A stretch of 57,729 nt of DNA from Lysobacteraceae bacterium (lineage in GTDB: Bacteria; Pseudomonadota; Gammaproteobacteria; Xanthomonadales; Xanthomonadaceae), in NCBI GenBank assembly GCA_003505795.1, contig DNXT01000303.1:1-57729 (forward strand), written 5' to 3'. Made by a program: the position numbers and the translations under genes. The notes under the pieces are model-generated. The model saw nothing but the letters and a program-made list of their open reading frames with translations. It was not told where the DNA came from and did no database searches. Of this stretch, positions 50,390-57,729 are shown piece by piece (the first letter of the stretch is position 1; each line of letters opens with the position of its first letter).

Positions 50390-52537
50390 ATGATTCGCCC
50401 GACTCTCCCGCTGCGCCTCCTTCCGCTGTGCTCGCTTACGCTGCTGGCCGCCTCTCCCGTCTTTGCAGCCGAAAGCGATGCCCCGGTCGATACTGCCGCA
50501 TCCACTCCCACCGACCTCGATGCAGTGAAGGTCGTCGGCCTGCGTCAGAACGGCTTCACCGTCCCCGACAGCCAGACGGGCCCGTACCGTGGACTGGATA
50601 TGCTGGACGTGCCGGCCAACGTCAACGTGGTCACGCGCGACCTGCTCGATGCGCAAGGGGCGACGGGACTTTACGACGCGCTGCGCAACGTCGCCGGCGT
50701 GGTCCGTCAGCAGCAGAGCGGCGTGGCCTACGACCAGTTGTCGATCCGCGGCATCAACCTGGACAACCGCTCCAGCTATCTGTTCAACGGCGTGCTGCCG
50801 TTCGACAACAACGTGCCGATCCCGATGGAGGACAAGGAGCGCGTCGAGGTGCTCAAGGGTGCGGCCGCGCTCTACTACGGGTTCGTCACGCCGGGTGGCG
50901 TGGTCAACCTGGTGACCAAGCGCGCGACCGTCGCGCCGGTCACCTCGGTCGCCCTGTCAGGTGACGACCAGGGATCGAGCCAGGTCCATTTGGATTTCGG
51001 CCGGCGCTTCGGCGACGATGGCCAGTTCGGCATCCGCGTCAACGCGGTCGACCAGAACATCCATCTGCCGATCGAGGACGACAACGGCTATCGGCGCATG
51101 ATCAGCGCGGCGCTGGATTGGGACGTCAACAGCAACTTCAGCCTGCACTACGACATGGAGCGCATCCGCGCGCGCATCACCGAACAGGCTGCCATCGTTC
51201 CGCCGCCGGCGGTCAACGGGGTGATCACGCTGCCCAGGGTGCCCGATCCCGGTACGCTGCTGTCGATGAAGGGCAAGGACACCCTGTCCGATGCCACCAC
51301 CCATCTGCTCAGCGGCGAGTATGCGTTGAATGCGCTTTGGACGGCCCACTTCAGCGTGGGCCGGTCGGTGACGCGTCGCGACCGCTGGCTGTGGATCTTC
51401 GACAACTACGACATGGATTCCGGTGTTGGCACCGTCTACGGCGCCGACCAGAAGGGACAGGAATATACCAACACCAATGCCAGGGCCAGCATTGACGGCA
51501 CCTTCCACACGGGCAGCGCGACGCACGATCTCCAGGTTGGTGTCGATGCCAACAAGCTCTACCAGCCCAGCTTCAACACGTACATGTACACCGCGGCGCA
51601 GAACATGTACGACCCGGTGACCGTCAGGTCATTGACCCGCTCGCCGACCGGCTCCAAAACCACATTGCGCGATCGCGCATTCTACGAGCAGACCATCCGC
51701 GACAGCGGCGTGTACGCGATGGATCGGGTCAGCATCGGCGAGCGCTGGCAGGTCATCGGCGCCCTGCGCCACGCCCGTTACAGCACGCGCCAACTCAATG
51801 CCGTCGACTACGACGTCAGCGCCACGACCCCGTCTTTCAGCGTGACCTACAAGCTCTCGCCGAAGGCCTCGATTTATGGCAGCTACGTCGAGGGCCTGGA
51901 GTCGGGTGGCACGGCGCCATCCTCGGCGATCAACGCCGGCCAGGCGCTGCCGGCGGCGGTCAGTCGCCAGAAGGAAATCGGTACCCGCTACCGCATGGAC
52001 AACGGCACACTGCTGTCCGCCTCTGTGTTTCGTCTCGACCAGGCCTCGGCCGACACCGACGACAGCGGGTTGTATGCGCTCAACGGCAAAGCGCGGTACC
52101 AGGGCATGGAATTCTCCGTGCAGGGCAATCTGACCGAGAACCTCTCCGCGGTCGTCACCGGGATGCTGTTGGATGCGGAGATCGTGCAGGCCACCACCGC
52201 CAGCCTGGAAGGCAATACGCCGAGCAACACCCCCAAGCGCACCGGGACGCTGTTCTTCAACTACCGTGTACCGACGCTCGACGGTCTTTCGCTGAGCGCT
52301 GGCGCCTTCACCATGGCGTCGCGGCCGATCGACGACCAGAATCGCGCCAGCATTCCGGGGTACACCACCTATATCGCCGGCGCCGCCTACGCCACGCGCC
52401 TGCACGGCGTGCCGACCACGTTCAAGCTCAACGTCGAGAACCTGGGCGACAAGCGCTATTGGAGTGCGGCCGGCAGCGGCCAACTCGCGGTAGGCCTGCC
52501 GCGCACCATCAACTTCAGCTCGACCTTCGATTTCTGA
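50390..52537 (+). CDS. TonB-dependent siderophore receptor (no STN domain)
   Basis: It has a signal peptide (LLPLCSLTLLAASPVFA), a plug (LDAVKVVGL...VNVVTRDLLDAQGA), a barrel and a terminal ...INFSSTFDF. Confidence 0.9.
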   Translation: MIRPTLPLRLLPLCSLTLLAASPVFAAESDAPVDTAASTPTDLDAVKVVGLRQNGFTVPDSQTGPYRGLDMLDVPANVNVVTRDLLDAQGATGLYDALRNVAGVVRQQQSGVAYDQLSIRGINLDNRSSYLFNGVLPFDNNVPIPMEDKERVEVLKGAAALYYGFVTPGGVVNLVTKRATVAPVTSVALSGDDQGSSQVHLDFGRRFGDDGQFGIRVNAVDQNIHLPIEDDNGYRRMISAALDWDVNSNFSLHYDMERIRARITEQAAIVPPPAVNGVITLPRVPDPGTLLSMKGKDTLSDATTHLLSGEYALNALWTAHFSVGRSVTRRDRWLWIFDNYDMDSGVGTVYGADQKGQEYTNTNARASIDGTFHTGSATHDLQVGVDANKLYQPSFNTYMYTAAQNMYDPVTVRSLTRSPTGSKTTLRDRAFYEQTIRDSGVYAMDRVSIGERWQVIGALRHARYSTRQLNAVDYDVSATTPSFSVTYKLSPKASIYGSYVEGLESGGTAPSSAINAGQALPAAVSRQKEIGTRYRMDNGTLLSASVFRLDQASADTDDSGLYALNGKARYQGMEFSVQGNLTENLSAVVTGMLLDAEIVQATTASLEGNTPSNTPKRTGTLFFNYRVPTLDGLSLSAGAFTMASRPIDDQNRASIPGYTTYIAGAAYATRLHGVPTTFKLNVENLGDKRYWSAAGSGQLAVGLPRTINFSSTFDF

Positions 52538-52555
52538 CCCGCCGAGACCAGACCA

Positions 52556-53317
52556 ATGACAAATCGCATTAACTCGGTTGCCAGGCTCATGCTGCTCGCC
52601 ATGATGTCCGGCCCGGTTGGCGCTGCGCTTGCAGCCGAGCCGGGATTGGCCGGCAAACGTGTGTTCTACGTGACGCGCCTGAACGAGGTTCCGGGTGCCA
52701 CCGAGCGGCACCGTCAAATCCAGCAGCAGGGCCTGGCGGCGGACCGGCGCGTCGCGGCGCACCTGGAGTCAATGGGCCTCAAGGTCACCTTCGTCGACCA
52801 GACCGTGTCGCCGTCCAAGGCCGCGGGTTTCGACCTGGTGGTCCTCTCTTCGGTGGTGCAGTCGCGCGAAATGGCCGACACCGGTTTCAAGGATGTGCCG
52901 GTCCCGCTGCTGACCTGGGAAAACGATCTGATGGACTCGCTGCGCCTGACCGGGCGCCGTAAGGGCGTGGACTACGGCGAAGTCGAGAAGGAACACTACA
53001 TCCGCGTCATCAATGCACCGCATCCTTTGGCGGGTGGGGTGCCGGCCGGCAAGACCTACGTGTACCCTCGCGACGTGATGATGGGCTGGGGCGTACCGGC
53101 GCGCGCCGCCAATGTCATCGCCACCTTGCCGGGCGATCCGGACAAGGCGGTGGTGTTCGGCTACGAGAAGGGGGCCACGATGGACTATGACTTCGTGGCT
53201 CCCGCTCGCAGGGCCGCGCTGTTCCTGGACAACGACACGTTCTCCCAACTCAGCCCGGACGGGGTCAAGCTGTTCGACGCGTCCGTGGAGTGGGTGGTCT
53301 CAGGACACGGGATTTAG
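52556..53317 (+). CDS. Secreted protein of unknown family (paralogue of 49579-50295)
   Basis: It has a signal peptide, the shared blocks listed for 49579-50295, and the same position immediately after a TonB receptor. Confidence 0.6.
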   Translation: MTNRINSVARLMLLAMMSGPVGAALAAEPGLAGKRVFYVTRLNEVPGATERHRQIQQQGLAADRRVAAHLESMGLKVTFVDQTVSPSKAAGFDLVVLSSVVQSREMADTGFKDVPVPLLTWENDLMDSLRLTGRRKGVDYGEVEKEHYIRVINAPHPLAGGVPAGKTYVYPRDVMMGWGVPARAANVIATLPGDPDKAVVFGYEKGATMDYDFVAPARRAALFLDNDTFSQLSPDGVKLFDASVEWVVSGHGI

Positions 53318-53640
53318 GAGGGAACGGAATACCTCCAGGTGACGGCAGCCGACAGAAGTCGTGCTGGCCGCGGCCATGCCGGCCGGCCCGGAGATCGCCG
53401 CGCGGCCATCTGCCGGACCGCCCTGCCCCGCGCGGGCACGAAGAGCGCCAGGCGTTGTGCCGAGTATGGATCGGAACCGGCGGTTGAACTCGGAGATATC
53501 CGAAAAGCCCGCATCCAGCGCTATCCGCAGCACGCTCTCGTCGTCGCTGCGCAATCGCCTGGCCGAGCGCCGCAGGCGCAATGCGAGGATGAACCGGTAC
53601 GGCGTCGTTCCGGTGACCGGGCAGCCCCCCGCCAGGACCG
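53300..53640 (-). pseudogene. AraC-family regulator remnant (C-terminal HTH only)
   Basis: The minus strand reads ...GTTPYRFILALRLRRSARRLRSDDESVLRIALDAGFSDISEFNRRFRSILGTTPGALR. The N-terminal ~200 aa of the family are missing. Confidence 0.5.
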
Positions 53641-53649
53641 ATCGCCAGC

Positions 53650-54136
53650 ATCAGGCTGGACGGCGGTTCTCCGAGCCTGGACTTCGCCAACACGATCCTG
53701 ACCCGCACGCCGCGGTGATCGAGGACTACCTCGGGTCGCCGGAACGGTTGTTCGAATGGAGCCGGGCCGCCGGCGTCCTGATGCCGGACGAGGCGGTCGC
53801 CGCCGCTTCCTCGGCGCGGGAGAGGCAGGGCCTGGTCGGCCAGACCGTTGCGCTGAGGGAGGCGGTGCACACGCTGTTGGCGGCGCGCATCGACGGTGGG
53901 AGCGCGCCGCCGCAGGCCATGCAACCACTGGATCATTGGGTGCACGCGGCATGCAGGAACCGGGGGCTTCGATCCGCGGCCGGAGCCGGCCTCGCCTGGA
54001 GCACGGTCGCGGTGACGCCTTGGCTGCCGCTCGAGCGCGTGGCGCTTTCGGCGCTGGATGACCTGACCACCATCGCCGCACGATGGAAACCTGCGGCTCC
54101 ATCGATAAGATGCGGCGCTATCGCCACCGGACTTGA
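53650..54136 (+). pseudogene. Degraded ABATE/CGNR zinc-finger family gene (several frame changes)
   Basis: GGSPSLDFANTILTRTP runs into a stop, then another frame continues IEDYLGSPERLFEWSRAAGVLMPDEA. The C-terminal ...METCGSIDKMRRYRHRT* lies in a third frame. The family assignment was made by eye. Confidence 0.35.
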
Positions 54137-54214
54137 ACGCCGATTGCGGCCGAACCACCCATGCCCGCCAACAGGCGGGACCAATCCCGCTCACCACAGG
54201 AACATGCAATCTCC

Positions 54215-54913
54215 ATGAAGATCAACACCACGGCTCCGAACGCCTTCGCTCCGCTGTGCCTGGCCCTGGCGGGGCTGGCATCTCCTGCCTCGGCCCAGCA
54301 GGCGCCGCCCGCCCGTCCATCGGTCGCCGCGCTGGAGCGGATCATCGAGACGCGGACGCCGGAGACGCGCGTGGCGTCTCCGGACCAGGAGCGCATCACC
54401 GCCCGCCGCATCGACATCGTCGACGAGAACGGCGTGATCCGCATGACCCTGTCGGGGCGGACGCCGGCGCCGATCATCGACGGCATTCAGTACCGGCGTG
54501 CGTTCGATGTCGCGGGCATGGTGCTTTACGACGAGAACGGCAGCGAGCGCGGCGGCTTCGGCACCGCCGACGTCGAAGGCGGGATGGCGGTGCTGGCGCT
54601 GGACCACCCGGCCATGGACGCCGTCGGCTGGCGCGTTTCGCCCGATGGCGAGGTACGGTTCTCGATCAATCAGGCACCGCCCCTGCTGCGCGAACCTGCA
54701 CTGGACAACCGTCTCGTCCCCGGCGTGGAGGCCCCGACCCGCATCCGCCTGGTCGTGGCCGCGGACGGAACCCCCGCGATCGCGCTGAACGACAAGGCCG
54801 ACCAGACCCGTCTGCGCCTGACGGTCACCGAGAAAGGTCACGGCGCCATCGAGTTCCTGAACGCCAAGGGCGAGGTGATCCACACCATCGCCCCGGAAGC
54901 CGGTCTGCGCTGA
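54215..54913 (+). CDS. Secreted hypothetical protein (232 aa) with repeated DxNG-type beta motifs
   Basis: The signal peptide is APLCLALAGLASPASA. Repeats are IVDENGVIRMTL, VLYDENGSERGGF, ALNDKADQTRLRLTV and FLNAKGEVIHTI. Confidence 0.55.
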   Translation: MKINTTAPNAFAPLCLALAGLASPASAQQAPPARPSVAALERIIETRTPETRVASPDQERITARRIDIVDENGVIRMTLSGRTPAPIIDGIQYRRAFDVAGMVLYDENGSERGGFGTADVEGGMAVLALDHPAMDAVGWRVSPDGEVRFSINQAPPLLREPALDNRLVPGVEAPTRIRLVVAADGTPAIALNDKADQTRLRLTVTEKGHGAIEFLNAKGEVIHTIAPEAGLR

Positions 54914-54920
54914 CCGTCCC

Positions 54921-54939
54921 GGCGGCCGGCAAGGCCGCC
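54921..54939 (+). terminator. GC hairpin after the hypothetical gene (GGCGGCC-ggcaa-GGCCGCC)
   Basis: A 7-bp perfect stem lies 8 nt after the stop. There is no U-tract, so intrinsic termination is uncertain. Confidence 0.3.
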
Positions 54940-55181
54940 AGGTTCGGCAAGTCGTTGTCGGGACCGAGTCGAGGCCATCCCCTACCCTCCGTGCTCGCCC
55001 GGCAGCGAGGGCATGCGACGACGCGATGGGCGCAACCATCCCGGGGGGCGGCGCTTTCACGGGAGTCGTTCCGGTTGCCACGAACGAGGGCGAATCCCGG
55101 GCCGGATCCGGCGCGGGTGCGCCGGCCCCGGAACAGGCTGGCGCACCGCTCATGACGGCAAGTCGGCGATCGCTGCCGGCC

Positions 55182-57728
55182 TCAGAACCGGAAACGCACG
55201 CCGAGCGAGTACAGCGTCTCCAGATACTTGACCTGGCGCGTGTAGCTGTCGCCCTCGACGTTGTAGGTGCGCGAGTTGGTGATCGGGTCGCCCAGGATGT
55301 TGCTCACGTCGAAGGCGAACGTCAGCGACGGGATCGGGGTGTAGTTGAGCGACAGGTCGAGCGTGCCGCGGTCGTCCTGCACCAGCGGCATGAACGGTCC
55401 GGGTGCGCCGAGCGCGGGGTCGTAGACCTGCGAGTACTCCTGCACCCATTTCGAGCGCCAGTTGTAGGCCAGGCGTGCGGAGAACACCGGCTTCTCGTAC
55501 ATCAGCACCAGGTTGTAGGAATTCTTCGACACGCCGGGCACGCGCGGCTTGCCGGGAATCGACGCGGCCACGGTCGGCCCCTGCTCCGCGCCGGCGTCGA
55601 CATAGGTGTAGTTGGCCTGCACGCCGAAGGCATGCGCCCATTCCGGCAACGCGTCGAAGTCCAGGAAGCTGGTGAAGGCCGCCTCCACGCCCTGCAGCCT
55701 GCCCTCCCCTCCGTTCTCGGGGCGGGTCAACCGCAGCGAGCCGTACAGCGGATCCGGCTGATCGGTGGTGACGTTGGCGATGAAGCCCTGCACGTCGCGC
55801 CGGAACAGGGCCAGGGTGGCCGAGCCGGACGGCGAGAAGTAGTACTCGAACGACAGGTCGTAGTTCTTCGACTCCAGCGGGCTCAGCGCCGGGTTGCCGC
55901 CGGTTGCGCTGCGGAAGCAGTTGCTGCCGTTCGGATCGGTGTTGCACGCGCCTTCCGGCGGGTTGATCACCGTCGACGGGTTGAGCTGGTCGAAATTCGG
56001 CCGGGTACGGGTCTTGGTGGCCGCGGCGCGGATCTGGAAGGTGTCGGTGAGGCGGAACCTCACGCTCGCGTTGGGCAGGTAGTCGGTGTAGCGGCTGCGG
56101 CTGGTGATCGGCGTGAACGTGCTGGTCTCCACGTCGCGCGAGGTGCCGGTCACCTGCGTTTCGGTCCGCACCGCGCGCATGCCCAGCGCTCCGTCGATCG
56201 GGACGGCGGTATCGAAGGCATACTTGACCTGCGCGTAGGCGGTGGAGGCCTTCTCGTTGGCGGTGAAGGTCTCCAGGTCGCTGTACGCCGGATCGCCGGG
56301 GGCATCGAAGTCGGTGTTGTCGGCCGGCAGCAGCGAATCGGTCAGCTGGCGCAGCGCATCGGCGTTGCGGCGGATGCTGTCGCGGGTCGGGCTGAGCCAG
56401 CTGCGCGGCGGTGCATGGCGCGATCCCTCGAATCCGCCGCCGGTGGTGCCCAGGCCCACCGGAAGGTCGAGGTAGGTCAGGCCGGCATCCTCCACGTAGC
56501 CGTAGCGCTGGCCGTTATGACGCTCGGCATCGCGGTCGGTATAGCGCAGGCCCGCCTGGTAGCGGGTGATCGGGCCGCTCTCCGGAGTGAACTCGAAATC
56601 CGTGCGCGCCTGCACGTCGTTGCCGGAGGCTTCGTAGTTGCGGTCGAACAGGCCGCGGAAGAGGTAGTTCTGCGGATCGTACAGATCGAAATCGCGGAAA
56701 CCGTACGTGGGCCCGCCATCGCCCGGCGTGTTGAACGCGACGTCGCGCACCGGCGTCGAGGCGAATGCCCAGTCGATGTTGTTCTGGCGCAGCTCGTACG
56801 TGGTGTCGGTCGCGGCCAGGTCGGCCGACCAGCGCACGCCCTCGTTGCGGTACACCGCGCCGAGGCCGACCTGGTAGGTATCGGTCTTGGCGTTGGTGGC
56901 GGCCTGGTATCCCTCCGGGCGCAGGCCGCCGGTCGCGGTGAAGCCTTGTGCCTGCGGCGCCTGCGCTCCCGGGGTCACGGTCACGTCGGAGAATTGGGTA
57001 TCGGCCGCGTACAGCGGCACGAACATGTAGCTGTCGTGGTCGCGGCTGCGGAACCCCTGATAGAGGAAGTCGGCGTTGATTTCCCAGTTCTCGTTCGGCC
57101 GCCACTGGAAGGCGGCATTGAGCGACGGGCGGGTCCGCATGCCCTGGCCGTAGAACGTGCCGACGCCGTCGGGATAGCGGAAGCCGGGCTGGTCGGTCTG
57201 GTCCGCCTGCGCCACGCCCATCACCAGCGAGTTCTCGCGCGTGGAATCCAGGAAGCGGAGCCGGTTCCACGCCGCATTGACCAGGAAGCCCATCTCGCCC
57301 GCCCCGCTGTCCCAGCGATCGCTGAACAGGAAGTTGCCGTTGAGGTCGCCCTTGTCGGCCTGGTCCATGTAGACGTAGTTGGCCGAGCCGGACAGTTCGC
57401 GCCCCTCGAAGTCGAACGGCCGCCGCGAACGCACGTTGATCAGCCCGGCGATACCGCCTTCGATCATCTCCGCGGTGCCGGACTTGTAGACGTCCAGCCC
57501 GGCCACGCCGCCGGCCGGGAAATCCTGCAGCGCCACGCTGCGGTTCTCGGCCGTGAATATCTCGCGGCCGTTGTAGGTCGTGGTCAGGTTGGGCAGGCCA
57601 CGCACCTGCACGTCCGCCGCCTCGCCGGCCGCGCGCGTCACCTGCACGCCGGTCACGCGCGCCAGCGATGCCGACGCGGTGATGTCCGGCAATTTGCCCA
57701 GGTCCTCGGCCACGATCGAGTCGACGAT
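55182..57728 (-). CDS. TonB-dependent receptor, 5'-partial (continues beyond the window end)
   Basis: The plug starts at the window edge (IVDSIVAEDLGKLPDITASASLARVTGVQV). The protein has a long barrel and a terminal ...YSLGVRFRF. Confidence 0.9.
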   Translation of the reverse strand: MVDSIVAEDLGKLPDITASASLARVTGVQVTRAAGEAADVQVRGLPNLTTTYNGREIFTAENRSVALQDFPAGGVAGLDVYKSGTAEMIEGGIAGLINVRSRRPFDFEGRELSGSANYVYMDQADKGDLNGNFLFSDRWDSGAGEMGFLVNAAWNRLRFLDSTRENSLVMGVAQADQTDQPGFRYPDGVGTFYGQGMRTRPSLNAAFQWRPNENWEINADFLYQGFRSRDHDSYMFVPLYAADTQFSDVTVTPGAQAPQAQGFTATGGLRPEGYQAATNAKTDTYQVGLGAVYRNEGVRWSADLAATDTTYELRQNNIDWAFASTPVRDVAFNTPGDGGPTYGFRDFDLYDPQNYLFRGLFDRNYEASGNDVQARTDFEFTPESGPITRYQAGLRYTDRDAERHNGQRYGYVEDAGLTYLDLPVGLGTTGGGFEGSRHAPPRSWLSPTRDSIRRNADALRQLTDSLLPADNTDFDAPGDPAYSDLETFTANEKASTAYAQVKYAFDTAVPIDGALGMRAVRTETQVTGTSRDVETSTFTPITSRSRYTDYLPNASVRFRLTDTFQIRAAATKTRTRPNFDQLNPSTVINPPEGACNTDPNGSNCFRSATGGNPALSPLESKNYDLSFEYYFSPSGSATLALFRRDVQGFIANVTTDQPDPLYGSLRLTRPENGGEGRLQGVEAAFTSFLDFDALPEWAHAFGVQANYTYVDAGAEQGPTVAASIPGKPRVPGVSKNSYNLVLMYEKPVFSARLAYNWRSKWVQEYSQVYDPALGAPGPFMPLVQDDRGTLDLSLNYTPIPSLTFAFDVSNILGDPITNSRTYNVEGDSYTRQVKYLETLYSLGVRFRF

Positions 57729-57729
57729 C

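Noticed and set aside
55116-55147. Hairpin GGTGCGCC...GGCGCACC downstream of the partial TonB receptor, as a possible terminator
   Set aside because: It has a 16-nt loop and no U-tract, and GC-rich DNA gives many such stems. It was not reported as a feature.
1-57729. CRISPR arrays, tRNA or rRNA genes, and large tandem repeats
   Set aside because: No regularly spaced direct repeats, cloverleaf-like segments or rRNA-like conserved stretches were noticed on manual reading. A tRNAscan or CRISPR-finder run would be needed to exclude them formally.

Overview
High-GC gammaproteobacterial chromosome segment. The TonB-receptor density, the dif XerC arm ATTTCGCATAA and a Cf/Xf-type inovirus suggest Xanthomonadales or Lysobacter; the organism cannot be named from sequence alone. 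There are four blocks. (1) 0.3-21.2 kb holds three TPR/unknown genes followed by one tightly packed ~18.5-kb plus-strand operon of 25 flagellar-type genes. These cover the export gate FliOPQR/FlhAB, ATPase module FliHIJ, MS ring, rod, L/P rings, hook, hook cap, a short FliK-like protein, a SpoA-type C-ring pair and a terminal FliA-type sigma factor. The window has no flagellin, filament cap, hook-junction, stator or chemotaxis genes. The gene in the fliG position encodes only ~150 aa. This looks like a hook-basal-body/type III export machine that has lost coupling to torque and filament, and it is the most interesting system here. (2) 21.16-28.22 kb is a ~7.03-kb filamentous prophage (HUH Rep, ssDNA-binding protein, coat proteins, Zot/pI). 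It has no integrase and no secretin, and sits between two hybrid dif-like XerCD sites directly after the fliA-like stop codon. A mirrored fragment of a second phage gene lies just beyond the right site. (3) 28.2-44.4 kb is a visibly lower-GC accessory island. It carries a class II aldolase, a secreted lipase, a tartrate-dehydrogenase/AtuA-DUF4387/2-hydroxyacid dehydrogenase/glycerate kinase cluster, an MBL hydrolase and a TonB-dependent receptor. It also carries an IS3 remnant, a GntR regulator, a CitMHS transporter and an AbrB-type membrane protein. A ~220-bp promoter plus 5' coding segment is duplicated in inverted orientation, and a shared promoter/operator architecture occurs three times. 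(4) 44.4-57.7 kb holds a truncated, frameshifted SDR gene and a Fur-box/FecI/FecR/TonB-receptor module. In that module each of two receptors is followed by a paralogous secreted protein of unknown family. The block ends with decayed AraC and CGNR-type genes, a secreted hypothetical protein and a 5'-partial TonB-dependent receptor. No rRNA, tRNA or CRISPR array was recognised. Many long ORFs in the supplied track are antisense or out-of-frame artefacts of high GC.
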